Made by a program: the position numbers and the translations under genes | The notes under the pieces: model-generated | Seen by the model: only the letters and a program-made list of their open reading frames with translations | Databases searched by the model: none | What the model was told of the DNA's origin: nothing | Shown: piece by piece, positions 56,200 through 64,000 of the stretch | Numbering within the stretch: position 1 is the first letter of the stretch | Layout: each line of letters opens with the position of its first letter | Assembly (NCBI GenBank): GCA_019685575.1 | Contig: JABFQO010000004.1 | Location: forward strand, 66,927 to 130,926 | Reading direction: 5' to 3' | DNA: 64,000 nt | Source of the DNA: Candidatus Bathyarchaeota archaeon A05DMB-4 | GTDB lineage: Archaea > Thermoproteota > Bathyarchaeia > Bathyarchaeales > SOJC01

Positions 56200-57315
56200 C
56201 TACTGTCCAATTCCTATGGTGTTGCCGATGCCTGCGACTATAACCGTATCGCCTTCCTTTGTTTTCTCCAAAATCACCCGTTTTACTCTTTCGATGGCTG
56301 GGTCTACGGCGTCGAAGACTTCTTTCCGCATAGGTGAAACAGCATCGCCAACATCTTCTTTAATCACAACAGCGTTAACGGGAATCTTGTATTTGACCAG
56401 TTCTTCTTCCACCTTAAACTGGTCAACGCCCGGTCCGCCGATGGCAACGCCTATGCCTTCAGCAACATCCCCCGGGTTTTCGCCCTCAAGTTTCTGGGCT
56501 GCATCGATGATGATCATTGTGGCAATTTTTCCTTCATTTTCTTCGACAATTTGTTTTATTGCTTCGCCTGGTTTGCCGACGTTTCCACCAGGCCCCTCGG
56601 CTTTTAGCACGTGCACGGTTCTTCCTTCGATGTTGATTGTCGCGACAAGATAGTCTTTTTCCACTTTTCTTTTCTCATGACCATACATCATCTTCGCTGC
56701 GACAAGTTGTCCCGCTCCGTCGCCGATTGGCTGACCACACGAAAAGGCTTTTAAAGCGCTAGCAAAGGCTTCTGCTTCCCGCATAACAAGTGGAAGTATC
56801 ATTTGAATCTGCATAATAATGTAGAGGCTTAGGGTTTTTTTGCCCAGCATGTAATAATGACGGATTATCTTGTATATCATGTTCAACGCCCATGCCGCTT
56901 CCAGCGTATTTTCCAAATTGTTAACTTGTGTTGGATCGGCTGATGGAGCCATCAGTTTTACTTCGTCCTTAAACCGCGTGTCCTGAACATCCAGAATGTG
57001 CTCGAGTTTCCATACTATGCCCGCTGGGTCCATGGCTTCGGGCGGAATCGTAATGTACTCTAGAAACTGGTCCACTCTGCCTGCTGGGTCGGTCGCTGGT
57101 TTACCTAGTTCTTTTATAGTTTGGATAGCGGCTTTTCTACCCTCATCCCGCATGTACTTTAAACGTAAAAGCGAACCTTCAACTTCCCTAAGCATCACGT
57201 ACATCTGGATGCGTTGACCGTAAAAGATGAAAACAACAAAAATTATCGTAAACATCATTTGGAAAACTAAGCTAATAGGGTCACCGCCCCATTGCGAAAC
57301 TTGCGGAATCATCAT
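56200..57315 (-). CDS. DUF1512-family archaeal protein (N-terminal TM + cytoplasmic domain)
   Basis: Start reassigned to ATG at 57315. The track's longer N-terminal extension would run into the 5S rRNA gene. Confidence 0.45.
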   Translation of the reverse strand: MMIPQVSQWGGDPISLVFQMMFTIIFVVFIFYGQRIQMYVMLREVEGSLLRLKYMRDEGRKAAIQTIKELGKPATDPAGRVDQFLEYITIPPEAMDPAGIVWKLEHILDVQDTRFKDEVKLMAPSADPTQVNNLENTLEAAWALNMIYKIIRHYYMLGKKTLSLYIIMQIQMILPLVMREAEAFASALKAFSCGQPIGDGAGQLVAAKMMYGHEKRKVEKDYLVATINIEGRTVHVLKAEGPGGNVGKPGEAIKQIVEENEGKIATMIIIDAAQKLEGENPGDVAEGIGVAIGGPGVDQFKVEEELVKYKIPVNAVVIKEDVGDAVSPMRKEVFDAVDPAIERVKRVILEKTKEGDTVIVAGIGNTIGIGQ

Positions 57316-57402
57316 CAAACCTTTCACTCTTCTCAACATGCATATACAGAGGGTAATAAATTTTGAGTATTTCTCCTCCACTTTTGGATGAAGACCATAA
57401 AG

Positions 57403-57528
57403 TGGAGCCGCCAGCTTTCTCGGCTTCACGTGGCCGAAGACCACACTAACGCCGAAAACGGAGCGCGGTTTAACTTCCGAGTTCGGAATGGGATCGGGTG
57501 GGTCCCGCGCCCTGTGGCCGGCAACCCC
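57403..57528 (-). rRNA. rrf: 5S ribosomal RNA (stand-alone)
   Basis: Minus strand reads GGGGTTGCCGGCCACAGGGCGCGGGACCCACCCGATCCCATTCCGAACTCGGAAGTTAAACCGCGC...GTTAGTGTGG...GCTGGCGGCTCC. Universal 5S loop C/helix III motif CCGAACUCGGAAGUUAA. Helix I closes with the 3' end. TATA-like AAACTATATCA about 30 nt upstream. Confidence 0.85.
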
Positions 57529-57876
57529 ATCAGAAACGCTTTTTTGGTGTTGATATAGTTTTCGCTTTTTTAAACGACATGACAGACCGCACAGACCTAA
57601 TTTAGCCTAAAACAACCAAAATCTAAAAACTCAAAAAAGTCAACCATTAGTTCTCCCATCATATTTGCGGTATATTTGGAGCCTAATAGGATCATATATG
57701 GAAGAGGGGCCTAGCCAGCGCCAAGCAACGCTCATGCAAAAACCGAAACTCAAAAAGCGTCATGTCTAAAAAGTTGAACCGCAAACAAGGCTGAAAATCA
57801 GCGCCGTTTTGACCCCCAACTAACACCTTTATAGGCACGTCAAAACACTTCCTACGCATGGAGAACCCTACAACAG

Positions 57877-58215
57877 ATGAACGAAACTAAACAAACCGCC
57901 CGCGAACGAATCAACACGTTGTTCTGCCTAGCGAAAGAAAACATCCGTGAAAATCCAAAATTAGCACAACGATACGCGACAATTGCGAGACGCATTTCCA
58001 TGACCGCAAAAGTCACACTCTCAACAGAGCAAAAACACCAAATCTGCAAACACTGCAAACAATTCATACTGCCCGGTGTCAACTGCAAATTCCGCACTCA
58101 ACAACGCAGAGAACCCCACATTGTCGTAACATGCCTTCTTTGCGGCGGAATAACACGTTTCCCATTAAGACCAAGGAGAAAAAACAAACATGATAACACC
58201 AAGCGTAAAACATAG
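57877..58215 (+). CDS. rnp4: Ribonuclease P protein component 4 (Rpp21/Rnp4)
   Basis: N-terminal helices (PKLAQRYATIARRIS) and zinc ribbon CKHCKQF...CLLCGG typical of Rpp21. Confidence 0.75.
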   Translation: MNETKQTARERINTLFCLAKENIRENPKLAQRYATIARRISMTAKVTLSTEQKHQICKHCKQFILPGVNCKFRTQQRREPHIVVTCLLCGGITRFPLRPRRKNKHDNTKRKT

Positions 58216-58489
58216 AATAAAGCAAGAATTAAGCCACGAGAATCCAACTATTTGGGTAGGCAAACAACACTTATCCGCACACCTTCTTGGCGAGATCGAC
58301 AAACAACTGGACAACAGAGAAATGATAAAAATACGAATACTAAAAACAGCGTTAAAGGAAGAAAAAGCAAAAACAATCGCATCCACGGTCGCAAGACAAA
58401 CCAACGCAATCCTCATCGAAGTACGCGGCCACACATTCATGCTCTACCGACGCCGAAACCCAAAAAACAAAGTAAAAAAGCCTTTATAA
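58190..58489 (+). CDS. YhbY/CRS1 (CRM-domain) RNA-binding protein
   Basis: IWVGKQHLSAHLLGEIDKQL...IKIRI...NAILIEVRGHTFMLYR matches the YhbY family. Confidence 0.75.
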   Translation: MITPSVKHRIKQELSHENPTIWVGKQHLSAHLLGEIDKQLDNREMIKIRILKTALKEEKAKTIASTVARQTNAILIEVRGHTFMLYRRRNPKNKVKKPL

Positions 58490-58534
58490 GGCGCTTGTGG
58501 AATTACTGAAGGAAAAACTAAAGGAGAAAACACC

Positions 58535-58990
58535 TTGCCAACACCATACGACGTTCCATCATCCGCACTCATCGAAAAACTAGCCAGATACCTAAAAGAA
58601 AACATCGACCAAATAACCCCGCCAGATTGGGCACAACTAGTCAAAACAGGCTCACACACAGATAGACCACCGCACAACCCAAACTGGTGGTACACACGCG
58701 CAGCATCACTTCTACGAAAAATATACATACACGGCCCAATCGGCACCCAACACCTACGCTACTATTACAGCGGACGAAAAGACCGCGGAGTACGACCAGA
58801 ACACGTAAGAATTGGCGCCGCAGGAAATATACGAAAAATCCTTCATCAACTCGAATCCGCTGGACTCATCGAAAGGAACAAAAACCGTGGACGCGTCATA
58901 TCCGCAGAAGGAAGACGCTTGCTGGATTCGCTTTCCACTGAGATAAAGAAGGAACTCGAAAAAACAATGCCCGAACTAAAGAAGTATTAA
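58535..58990 (+). CDS. rps19e: 30S ribosomal protein S19e
   Basis: 151 aa. S19e signature (WYTRAASLLRKIYIHGPIGTQHLRYYYSGRKDRGVRPEH...ILHQLESAGLI). Confidence 0.9.
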   Translation: MPTPYDVPSSALIEKLARYLKENIDQITPPDWAQLVKTGSHTDRPPHNPNWWYTRAASLLRKIYIHGPIGTQHLRYYYSGRKDRGVRPEHVRIGAAGNIRKILHQLESAGLIERNKNRGRVISAEGRRLLDSLSTEIKKELEKTMPELKKY

Positions 58991-59005
58991 GGTGTCGCAT
59001 GCAGA

Positions 59006-59338
59006 ATGAGCGAAGACGAAGAACTTGACGATTTGCGCAAAAGAAGAATGCTTGAACTACAAAAAAGGCTAGCGGAAGAGCAACAGCGTGCCCAAATAGC
59101 ACAGCAACTTGAACTACAAAAACAAGCGTTGCTACGACAAATCTTAACGCCTGAAGCAAGACAAAGGATGAATAACTTGAAAATGGTAAAGCCCGAATTT
59201 GCAGCACAACTTGAACTGCAACTTATCCAACTCGCCCAAGCAGGGCGTCTAAACATCCCTTTAACCGATGAACAATTAAAAGAACTCCTCTTAAGACTTC
59301 AATCAACAAAACGAGACATAAAAATAAGGAGAAAATAA
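59006..59338 (+). CDS. DNA-binding protein of the PDCD5/TFAR19 family
   Basis: Acidic N-terminus then QQLELQKQALLRQILTPEARQRMNNLKMVKPEFAAQLE... Confidence 0.75.
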   Translation: MSEDEELDDLRKRRMLELQKRLAEEQQRAQIAQQLELQKQALLRQILTPEARQRMNNLKMVKPEFAAQLELQLIQLAQAGRLNIPLTDEQLKELLLRLQSTKRDIKIRRK

Positions 59339-59339
59339 A

Positions 59340-59495
59340 ATGGCAAGAAACAAACCGCCCGCCAAGAAACGAAGATTGATAAAGGCAGGAAGACAAAAAC
59401 GCTCAGTTCCAACATGGGTTGTAGCAAAAACCGACGGAAAAGTCCGAAGGCAACCTAAACAAAAACCTTGGCGCCGCGTAAAAATTAAACCATAA
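59340..59495 (+). CDS. rpl39e: 50S ribosomal protein L39e
   Basis: 51-aa ORF MARNKPPAKKRRLIKAGRQKRSVPTWVVAKTDGKVRRQPKQKPWRRVKIKP, below the track cut-off. Lies between the PDCD5-like gene and L31e, as in conserved operons. Confidence 0.85.
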   Translation: MARNKPPAKKRRLIKAGRQKRSVPTWVVAKTDGKVRRQPKQKPWRRVKIKP

Positions 59496-59512
59496 TTCAA
59501 GGAGAACCAACA

Positions 59513-60007
59513 ATGGAAAAACCAGAAGAGGAAAAAGAAGAAAAACTCACCGAACCCGAAGAAATCAAAGAATCCGCTGAAACAACGAAAAAAGAGGAAA
59601 CAGAAAGCGAAGAAAAACCAGAAGAAAGCATCCTTGAAGAAGAAATGAAAGAAGAAGCCGAAGCCATAAAAGAAGAAGAAAAACCGAAACCAGAAAAGGA
59701 AAAAGAAGAAGATATCGTTGAAGAAAAATTCTACACAATTCCCTTGCGCAGAGTTTGGATAATGCCTCCGAATAAACGAGCCCCCAGAGCCATACGCCTC
59801 ATTAAAAATTACGTGGAGAAGCACATGAAAATAGGCGTTGAAAAGGAGGAAGAAGAAGCAGCCGAAGAGGAGGAGGAAGAAAGGTTGCTCATTAGTTCAG
59901 AATTGAACGAGAAAATTTGGCAGAGAGGAATCCGTAAACCTCCGAGAAAAATTAAAGTGCGTGTTGTTAAAGACTCCGAGGGAAACGTAACGGTTTACCC
60001 AGCCTAA
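59513..60007 (+). CDS. rpl31e: 50S ribosomal protein L31e (with acidic Glu/Lys-rich N-terminal extension)
   Basis: YTIPLRRVWIMPPNKRAPRAIRLIKNYVEKHMK...LNEKIWQRGIRKPPRKIKVRV. Confidence 0.85.
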   Translation: MEKPEEEKEEKLTEPEEIKESAETTKKEETESEEKPEESILEEEMKEEAEAIKEEEKPKPEKEKEEDIVEEKFYTIPLRRVWIMPPNKRAPRAIRLIKNYVEKHMKIGVEKEEEEAAEEEEEERLLISSELNEKIWQRGIRKPPRKIKVRVVKDSEGNVTVYPA

Positions 60008-60025
60008 AAAAGGAGAAGAATCTTT

Positions 60026-60700
60026 TTGCCAGTTTTTCTTTCCAGCCTTTTTGGAAGCGCAAGCATAGGCGTGTTTTCTCTCGCTACTGACAACTTATTT
60101 ATTGTGCCATGCTTAGCTCCCGTCAAAAGAATGGAAAAACTGGGAAATTTACTTAAAACAAAAACTGTCTTCACAACCGTGGGCGGTTCGGTTTTAATCG
60201 GCGCCTTAATTTGCGCCAATTCAAAAGGCGTAATTCTTCCACATTTTGTTCGGGAAGAAGAAATTGAACCTATCCGTTCTGCCAATGATGAGTTGAACAT
60301 TACAGTCATGGAAACAAAGAGAACAGCTTATGGAAACATGGTTTTAGCAAACGATTACGGCGCAATCGTAGACCCCCGTATTAAACCTGACGTTGTTAAA
60401 CAGATTTCGGAAACTTTAGAAGTCGAAGCCGTCCCCGGCGAAATTGCAGGCTTGCCCTACGTGGGTTCGCTTGCTTTAGCAACTAACAAAGGTGCTGTGG
60501 CTCATCCACAGATCAAGGAGACGGAATTGGAAGTTTTGAAAAGTGTTTTGAGGGTTCCCGTTGATGTTGGCACAGTCAACTGTGGAATTCCCTATGTCGG
60601 CACCGGGCTTTTGGGAAACAGTTATGGGGCGGTTGCAGGTTTGTTAACCACAGGACCAGAATTGTTTATTATTGAGAGTGCATTGGATTTGGTGGATTAA
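60026..60700 (+). CDS. eif6: Translation initiation factor 6 (aIF6)
   Basis: Pentameric repeat pattern (NDYGAIVDP, NKGAVAHP, NSYGAVAG). Aligns with M. jannaschii aIF6. TTG start. Confidence 0.85.
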   Translation: MPVFLSSLFGSASIGVFSLATDNLFIVPCLAPVKRMEKLGNLLKTKTVFTTVGGSVLIGALICANSKGVILPHFVREEEIEPIRSANDELNITVMETKRTAYGNMVLANDYGAIVDPRIKPDVVKQISETLEVEAVPGEIAGLPYVGSLALATNKGAVAHPQIKETELEVLKSVLRVPVDVGTVNCGIPYVGTGLLGNSYGAVAGLLTTGPELFIIESALDLVD

Positions 60701-60702
60701 AA

Positions 60703-60942
60703 ATGAGCGAAGTAAAAATATTCAGAGTTTCGGGACGAATAGCAAAACCAAACTGGAAAACAAATTTTGAGAAGGAACTGCGTGCCGTAAAACCTGAGGA
60801 CGCTGTCGAGACGGTTTACAAGGAGATGGGCAGCAAACATAGGGCGAAACGGTTTGAGATAAAAATAGATTCAGTCGTGGAAATCAAGCCCGAAGAAATC
60901 AAGGATCCAGTGCTTAAAAAATTCGCAATGAGGGAGACGTAA
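60703..60942 (+). CDS. rplX: 50S ribosomal protein LX (L18Ae)
   Basis: 79 aa. IFRVSGRIAKPNW...GSKHRAKRFEIKIDSVVEI. Confidence 0.75.
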   Translation: MSEVKIFRVSGRIAKPNWKTNFEKELRAVKPEDAVETVYKEMGSKHRAKRFEIKIDSVVEIKPEEIKDPVLKKFAMRET

Positions 60943-60943
60943 A

Positions 60944-61408
60944 GTGACAAGTGAAGAAGAAGCTTTTCGCCAATTGGCCGTCGAACTTCGAATCTTAGAA
61001 AACACGGCTGAAAACTTAGAGTCAAGAATCAACTTCGTAAACGCGGCAATCACCGAACTCACTTACGCACGCATGACTTTGGAAGGGTTAGAAAAGGAGA
61101 AAGCGGATTCGTCACTTTTCGTGCCCATCGGAGGAGGCTCGTACATAAAAGCAAGACTGGAAAGCCCTGACAAAGTAATAGTGGGCGTGGGCTCAGGAGT
61201 AGCTGTTGAGAAAACCTTTGCTGAGGCTAAAGAAAAAATCAAGAGCCGTATTGAAGAAATGGAAAAGGCACGTACAAGCATGGAACAGCAATTATCACAA
61301 ATGTTGGAGCGAATTCGTGAAGACAGAACAAAACTTCAAGAAATAAGCGTCAAACTCAGCAGAAGAGAGCGAGGAACAAATGTTCGAGAAACTAAAAGCG
61401 GGTCTTAA
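60944..61408 (+). CDS. pfdA: Prefoldin alpha subunit
   Basis: Coiled coil, beta-hairpin (LFVPIGGGSYIKARL), coiled coil. 154 aa. Confidence 0.75.
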   Translation: MTSEEEAFRQLAVELRILENTAENLESRINFVNAAITELTYARMTLEGLEKEKADSSLFVPIGGGSYIKARLESPDKVIVGVGSGVAVEKTFAEAKEKIKSRIEEMEKARTSMEQQLSQMLERIREDRTKLQEISVKLSRRERGTNVRETKSGS

Positions 61409-62285
61409 GGGGCTCGTTAACAAGGTTACAATTACAGAATTAAAAACCGACCAGCTTCGTCCAATTCTTTCCGAATTCAAACTTAATTTAATCGAAAACG
61501 ACGTCGCAGTGCCAGTTGCTGAGCATGTATGCGAAGAGATGGAAAAACGACTTGAAGGCATGCAAATGAAACGACTTGAAGATCGAAAAAAACTTGTTCT
61601 GCAGAATTTGCATGATGTGTTACTAGAAATTCTGAACACGGGCAATGGTATTGACTTGTGGAGATTGATAGACAAGAAGCGAAATGCGAATGAACCCTTC
61701 GTGATTGCGTTTGTTGGAATTAACGGTACTGGCAAAACCACCACCATCGCCAAAGTAGCGCGACTGTTAATGAAAAAGGGATATTCTGTTGTGCTTTCGT
61801 GCAGCGATACTTATCGTGCAGGCTCGATTGAACAGTTGGAAACACATGCCAAGCGCTTAGGCGTCAAAATGATTAGGCACACTTATGGTGCAGACCCAGC
61901 AGCAGTGGCGTATGACACAATTAAGCACGCAAAGGCACATGGAATTGATGTAGTGCTGATTGACACAGCGGGCCGTATCCAAACCGACCGCAATTTAATG
62001 AATGAGTTAGCAAAAGTTAAGCGCGTGATCACGCCTGATTTAACAGTTTTAACCGTGGATGCATTGACTGGAAATGATGCGGTGATGCAAGCAGAAGAGT
62101 TTAACAATACGGTCGGAATTGATGCAACAATCCTGACAAAGGTAGACGCAGATGTGAAAGGCGGCGCGGCTTTAAGCGTCACTTACGTGACAAAAAAACC
62201 AATTATTTTCATAGGCACAGGGCAAACATACGAAGATTTGGAACAGTTCAACCCTGAAAAGTTTACCCAGATGATTCTAAAATAA
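61380..62285 (+). CDS. ftsY: Signal recognition particle receptor FtsY
   Basis: SRP-GTPase NG domain (FVGINGTGKTTTIAKVA, DTAGR, TKVDAD). Confidence 0.9.
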   Translation: MFEKLKAGLKGLVNKVTITELKTDQLRPILSEFKLNLIENDVAVPVAEHVCEEMEKRLEGMQMKRLEDRKKLVLQNLHDVLLEILNTGNGIDLWRLIDKKRNANEPFVIAFVGINGTGKTTTIAKVARLLMKKGYSVVLSCSDTYRAGSIEQLETHAKRLGVKMIRHTYGADPAAVAYDTIKHAKAHGIDVVLIDTAGRIQTDRNLMNELAKVKRVITPDLTVLTVDALTGNDAVMQAEEFNNTVGIDATILTKVDADVKGGAALSVTYVTKKPIIFIGTGQTYEDLEQFNPEKFTQMILK

Positions 62286-62289
62286 ACGC

Positions 62290-63207
62290 TTAAATTTTGT
62301 TTAATAATGTTAAGAGAATGGCTTTTTCGCTGTGAAGCCTATTTTCTGCTTGGTCGAAGATTATGCTGTTAGGTGCGTTTATTATTTCTGGACTTATTTC
62401 GTAGCCTCGGTGGATGGGCATGTCGTGCATAACGAGGGCGCTACTGCCTTTCAATAATTGAGCGTTGATTTGGTAAGGCATCATCTGTTTAATGCGTTTT
62501 TCTTTTTCTTCTTTGAATTTTGGGTCGGTGAATAGTTCCATGTCGACCCATGTGTCGGTATAAACGATGTCAGCTTCCTTCAGCGCTTTTTTCACGTCGA
62601 GTGTGGTTTCGTATAAGCCGGTTTTTTTGGCATCCTCAATTAATTCCGGGTCATGGGCTGGAGGATGCTTGATAGGCGTTACTGTCGTAATGCGCATGCC
62701 AGTTTTTGTGCAAGCTTCAATGAGGCTATTGCACACGTTGTTGTGCACGCCCACGTAAACAAGTTTTACGCCGGCCAATTTGCCTTTCTTTTCTTTTATG
62801 GTCATGAGGTCAGCTAAAGCTTGGCATGGATGATACTTGTCGTCACAACCGTTGATTGTGGGCACCGTTGCTGCTTCTGCCATGGCTTTCATGTCGGCAT
62901 GTTTCATTAGGCGTGCCATAATCACGTCTACGTTGCGGGAAAGGTATCTTGTTTCGTCTTGTATGTCGGCTATAGCGAAATTTGTGGCTCGCCAATCAAG
63001 AAAAATTGCGTGGCCGCCAAGTTGAGTCATGGCGACTTCGAAAGAAACCCGTGTGCGAGTACTGGTTTTCTGGAAAATCATGCATAAAGTTTTGCCATCC
63101 AGCGTGTTTCGCCATTTTTTCGGGTTATTTTTGGCGTCGATGGCAATGTCGATTATTTTTGTGATTTGTTGAGGCGTCCAACTTTTGAAGTTGAGGAGGT
63201 GTTGCAT
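62290..63207 (-). CDS. Carbamoyltransferase of the aspartate/ornithine family (OTC-like, non-canonical C-terminal motif)
   Basis: STRTR carbamoyl-phosphate motif and HPCQALAD present. HDMP replaces the usual HCLP/HPLP. Confidence 0.65.
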   Translation of the reverse strand: MQHLLNFKSWTPQQITKIIDIAIDAKNNPKKWRNTLDGKTLCMIFQKTSTRTRVSFEVAMTQLGGHAIFLDWRATNFAIADIQDETRYLSRNVDVIMARLMKHADMKAMAEAATVPTINGCDDKYHPCQALADLMTIKEKKGKLAGVKLVYVGVHNNVCNSLIEACTKTGMRITTVTPIKHPPAHDPELIEDAKKTGLYETTLDVKKALKEADIVYTDTWVDMELFTDPKFKEEKEKRIKQMMPYQINAQLLKGSSALVMHDMPIHRGYEISPEIINAPNSIIFDQAENRLHSEKAILLTLLNKI

Positions 63208-63424
63208 AGGAATAACCTCGGTTTGTGGTGAATTGCTGCTTGTTTATTATTAAGTTTTATGCCGTCACTAAGGCGTATTTTTTGGAAAAACCTCGATTCT
63301 TACTTTTAATCTGAAGCTTTGTTAAGAAGCAAATATTCCGAGTGTTCTGATTTTTTGGTTAAAGGGTTAATTTATGCTGAAAGGTTATTATTCGTTGTTT
63401 CCGTAATGTGCTTGGGTTGTTCTG

Positions 63425-64000
63425 ATGACATTAAGTGATGTGGCGCGAAAAGTTGAGGATCGTCGTCTTCGTATGCGTTTTTTTAGATGGCTGTTCTGGA
63501 GAGAAGTGCGGCTTTTTCGAGTTATTATTTTTGTTTATTTGTTCGTTTTTGCGCTGAGTTTATTTGGGCTTTTTTGGGAATTCATGGTTCCTGGGTTGGA
63601 TAGGCTTCTTGCAGCATCTTTGGAAACACCTTGGGGAATTTTTACGTCTCTTTTTATGCATGCCGACTTGTTGCATCTAGCCGCGAATATGAGTGTGCTA
63701 ACTTTGTACCTTTTTTATTTTGTGTTAACTAATTTTTATAATTCTAGGGCTGAGATTAGGCGACGGGCAATTCTTGCATCGTTGCTGGTTTTTGTTTCTG
63801 CCATCTTTTCAAATCTTTTGTGGATTTTTGTTTTTCCTGGCGAAAAGGCTATTGGTTCTTCTGGTTTGGTGTATGCTTTTATCGGGATAACTTTTGGGTT
63901 TGCCTTGTGCAATATTCTTGTGATCGCCGTGTCTGGTGATAGTGTGGTTAAGGATTGGATGACTGTTGCAGGATTTCTTTCTCAAGAACAGGCTGGAAGG
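63425..64000 (+). CDS. Rhomboid-family intramembrane serine protease (3' end outside window)
   Basis: MHADLLHLAANM (HxxxN) and GSSGLVYAFIG (GxSG). ORF runs off the window end. Confidence 0.7.
   Translation, partial: MTLSDVARKVEDRRLRMRFFRWLFWREVRLFRVIIFVYLFVFALSLFGLFWEFMVPGLDRLLAASLETPWGIFTSLFMHADLLHLAANMSVLTLYLFYFVLTNFYNSRAEIRRRAILASLLVFVSAIFSNLLWIFVFPGEKAIGSSGLVYAFIGITFGFALCNILVIAVSGDSVVKDWMTVAGFLSQEQAGR

Noticed and set aside
56200-57444. Full-length track ORF for the DUF1512 protein
   Set aside because: Its first 43 codons overlap the 5S rRNA gene region and lack TM character. ATG at 57315 with an upstream AAAGGT SD-like element gives a start beginning MMIPQVSQW.
57400-57560. Protein ORFs across the 5S rRNA locus
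   Set aside because: The sequence is a clear 5S rRNA on the minus strand; ORFs there are translation artefacts.
58252-58941. Alternate-frame ORFs 58252..58509 and 58687..58941 (Arg/Lys/Thr-rich)
   Set aside because: They are embedded in the YhbY and S19e genes in other frames, and their compositional bias is typical of overprinted frames of basic-protein genes.
59303-59824. 173-aa minus-strand ORF rich in Phe
   Set aside because: It is antisense to the Glu/Lys-rich acidic extension of L31e (GAA/AAG repeats read as TTC/CTT) and so is a low-complexity artefact.
1-64000. Mobile-element genes (transposase, integrase, IS terminal inverted repeats) or CRISPR-Cas
   Set aside because: No DDE/tyrosine-recombinase-like ORFs or repeat-spacer arrays were seen anywhere in the window.

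Overview
This 64-kb window is archaeal chromosomal DNA and is dominated by core informational genes. The taxon is not determined; the gene set (archaeal histone, L13e/L15e/S19e/S25e/L31e/L39e/LX, and aIF6, aa-tRNA synthetases, RNase P proteins) is typical of archaea. It contains three RNase P protein subunits (Pop5, Rpp30, Rpp21), ribosomal proteins L15e, L13e-like, S25e, S19e, L39e, L31e and LX, aIF6, prefoldin alpha, FtsY, His/Tyr/Trp/Phe-tRNA synthetases, tRNA-splicing endonuclease, diphthamide enzymes Dph5 and Dph6, the flavin enzymes RibK and RibL, the CoA enzymes pantoate kinase and PPAT, and an archaeal histone. It also contains a stand-alone 5S rRNA that the ORF track does not show, and a tRNA-Lys(CUU). 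Several accessory regions are embedded in this core. (i) A KaiC-like ATPase, a membrane protein carrying MEDS and degenerate-KaiC (DUF835-like) domains, and a small protein form an operon, i.e. a putative KaiC-centred signal-transduction module. (ii) Two BioB-like radical SAM genes are divergently paired and are candidate LipS1/LipS2 lipoyl synthase components; one of them has an anomalous N-terminus. (iii) Low-GC DNA surrounds tRNA-Lys: a 42-bp near-perfect direct repeat flanks a 2-kb cassette, and 1.3 kb downstream there is a tRNA 3'-half-like fragment. (iv) A 5.5-kb cell-surface island encodes cohesin/dockerin, beta-helix and BNR-propeller proteins, with an apparent frameshift between two of the genes. 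(v) A bacterial-type PfkA and class II aldolase are adjacent. No CRISPR array, transposase or integrase was seen. Start codons were re-assessed for several ORFs in the track, and GTG/TTG starts appear to be used.
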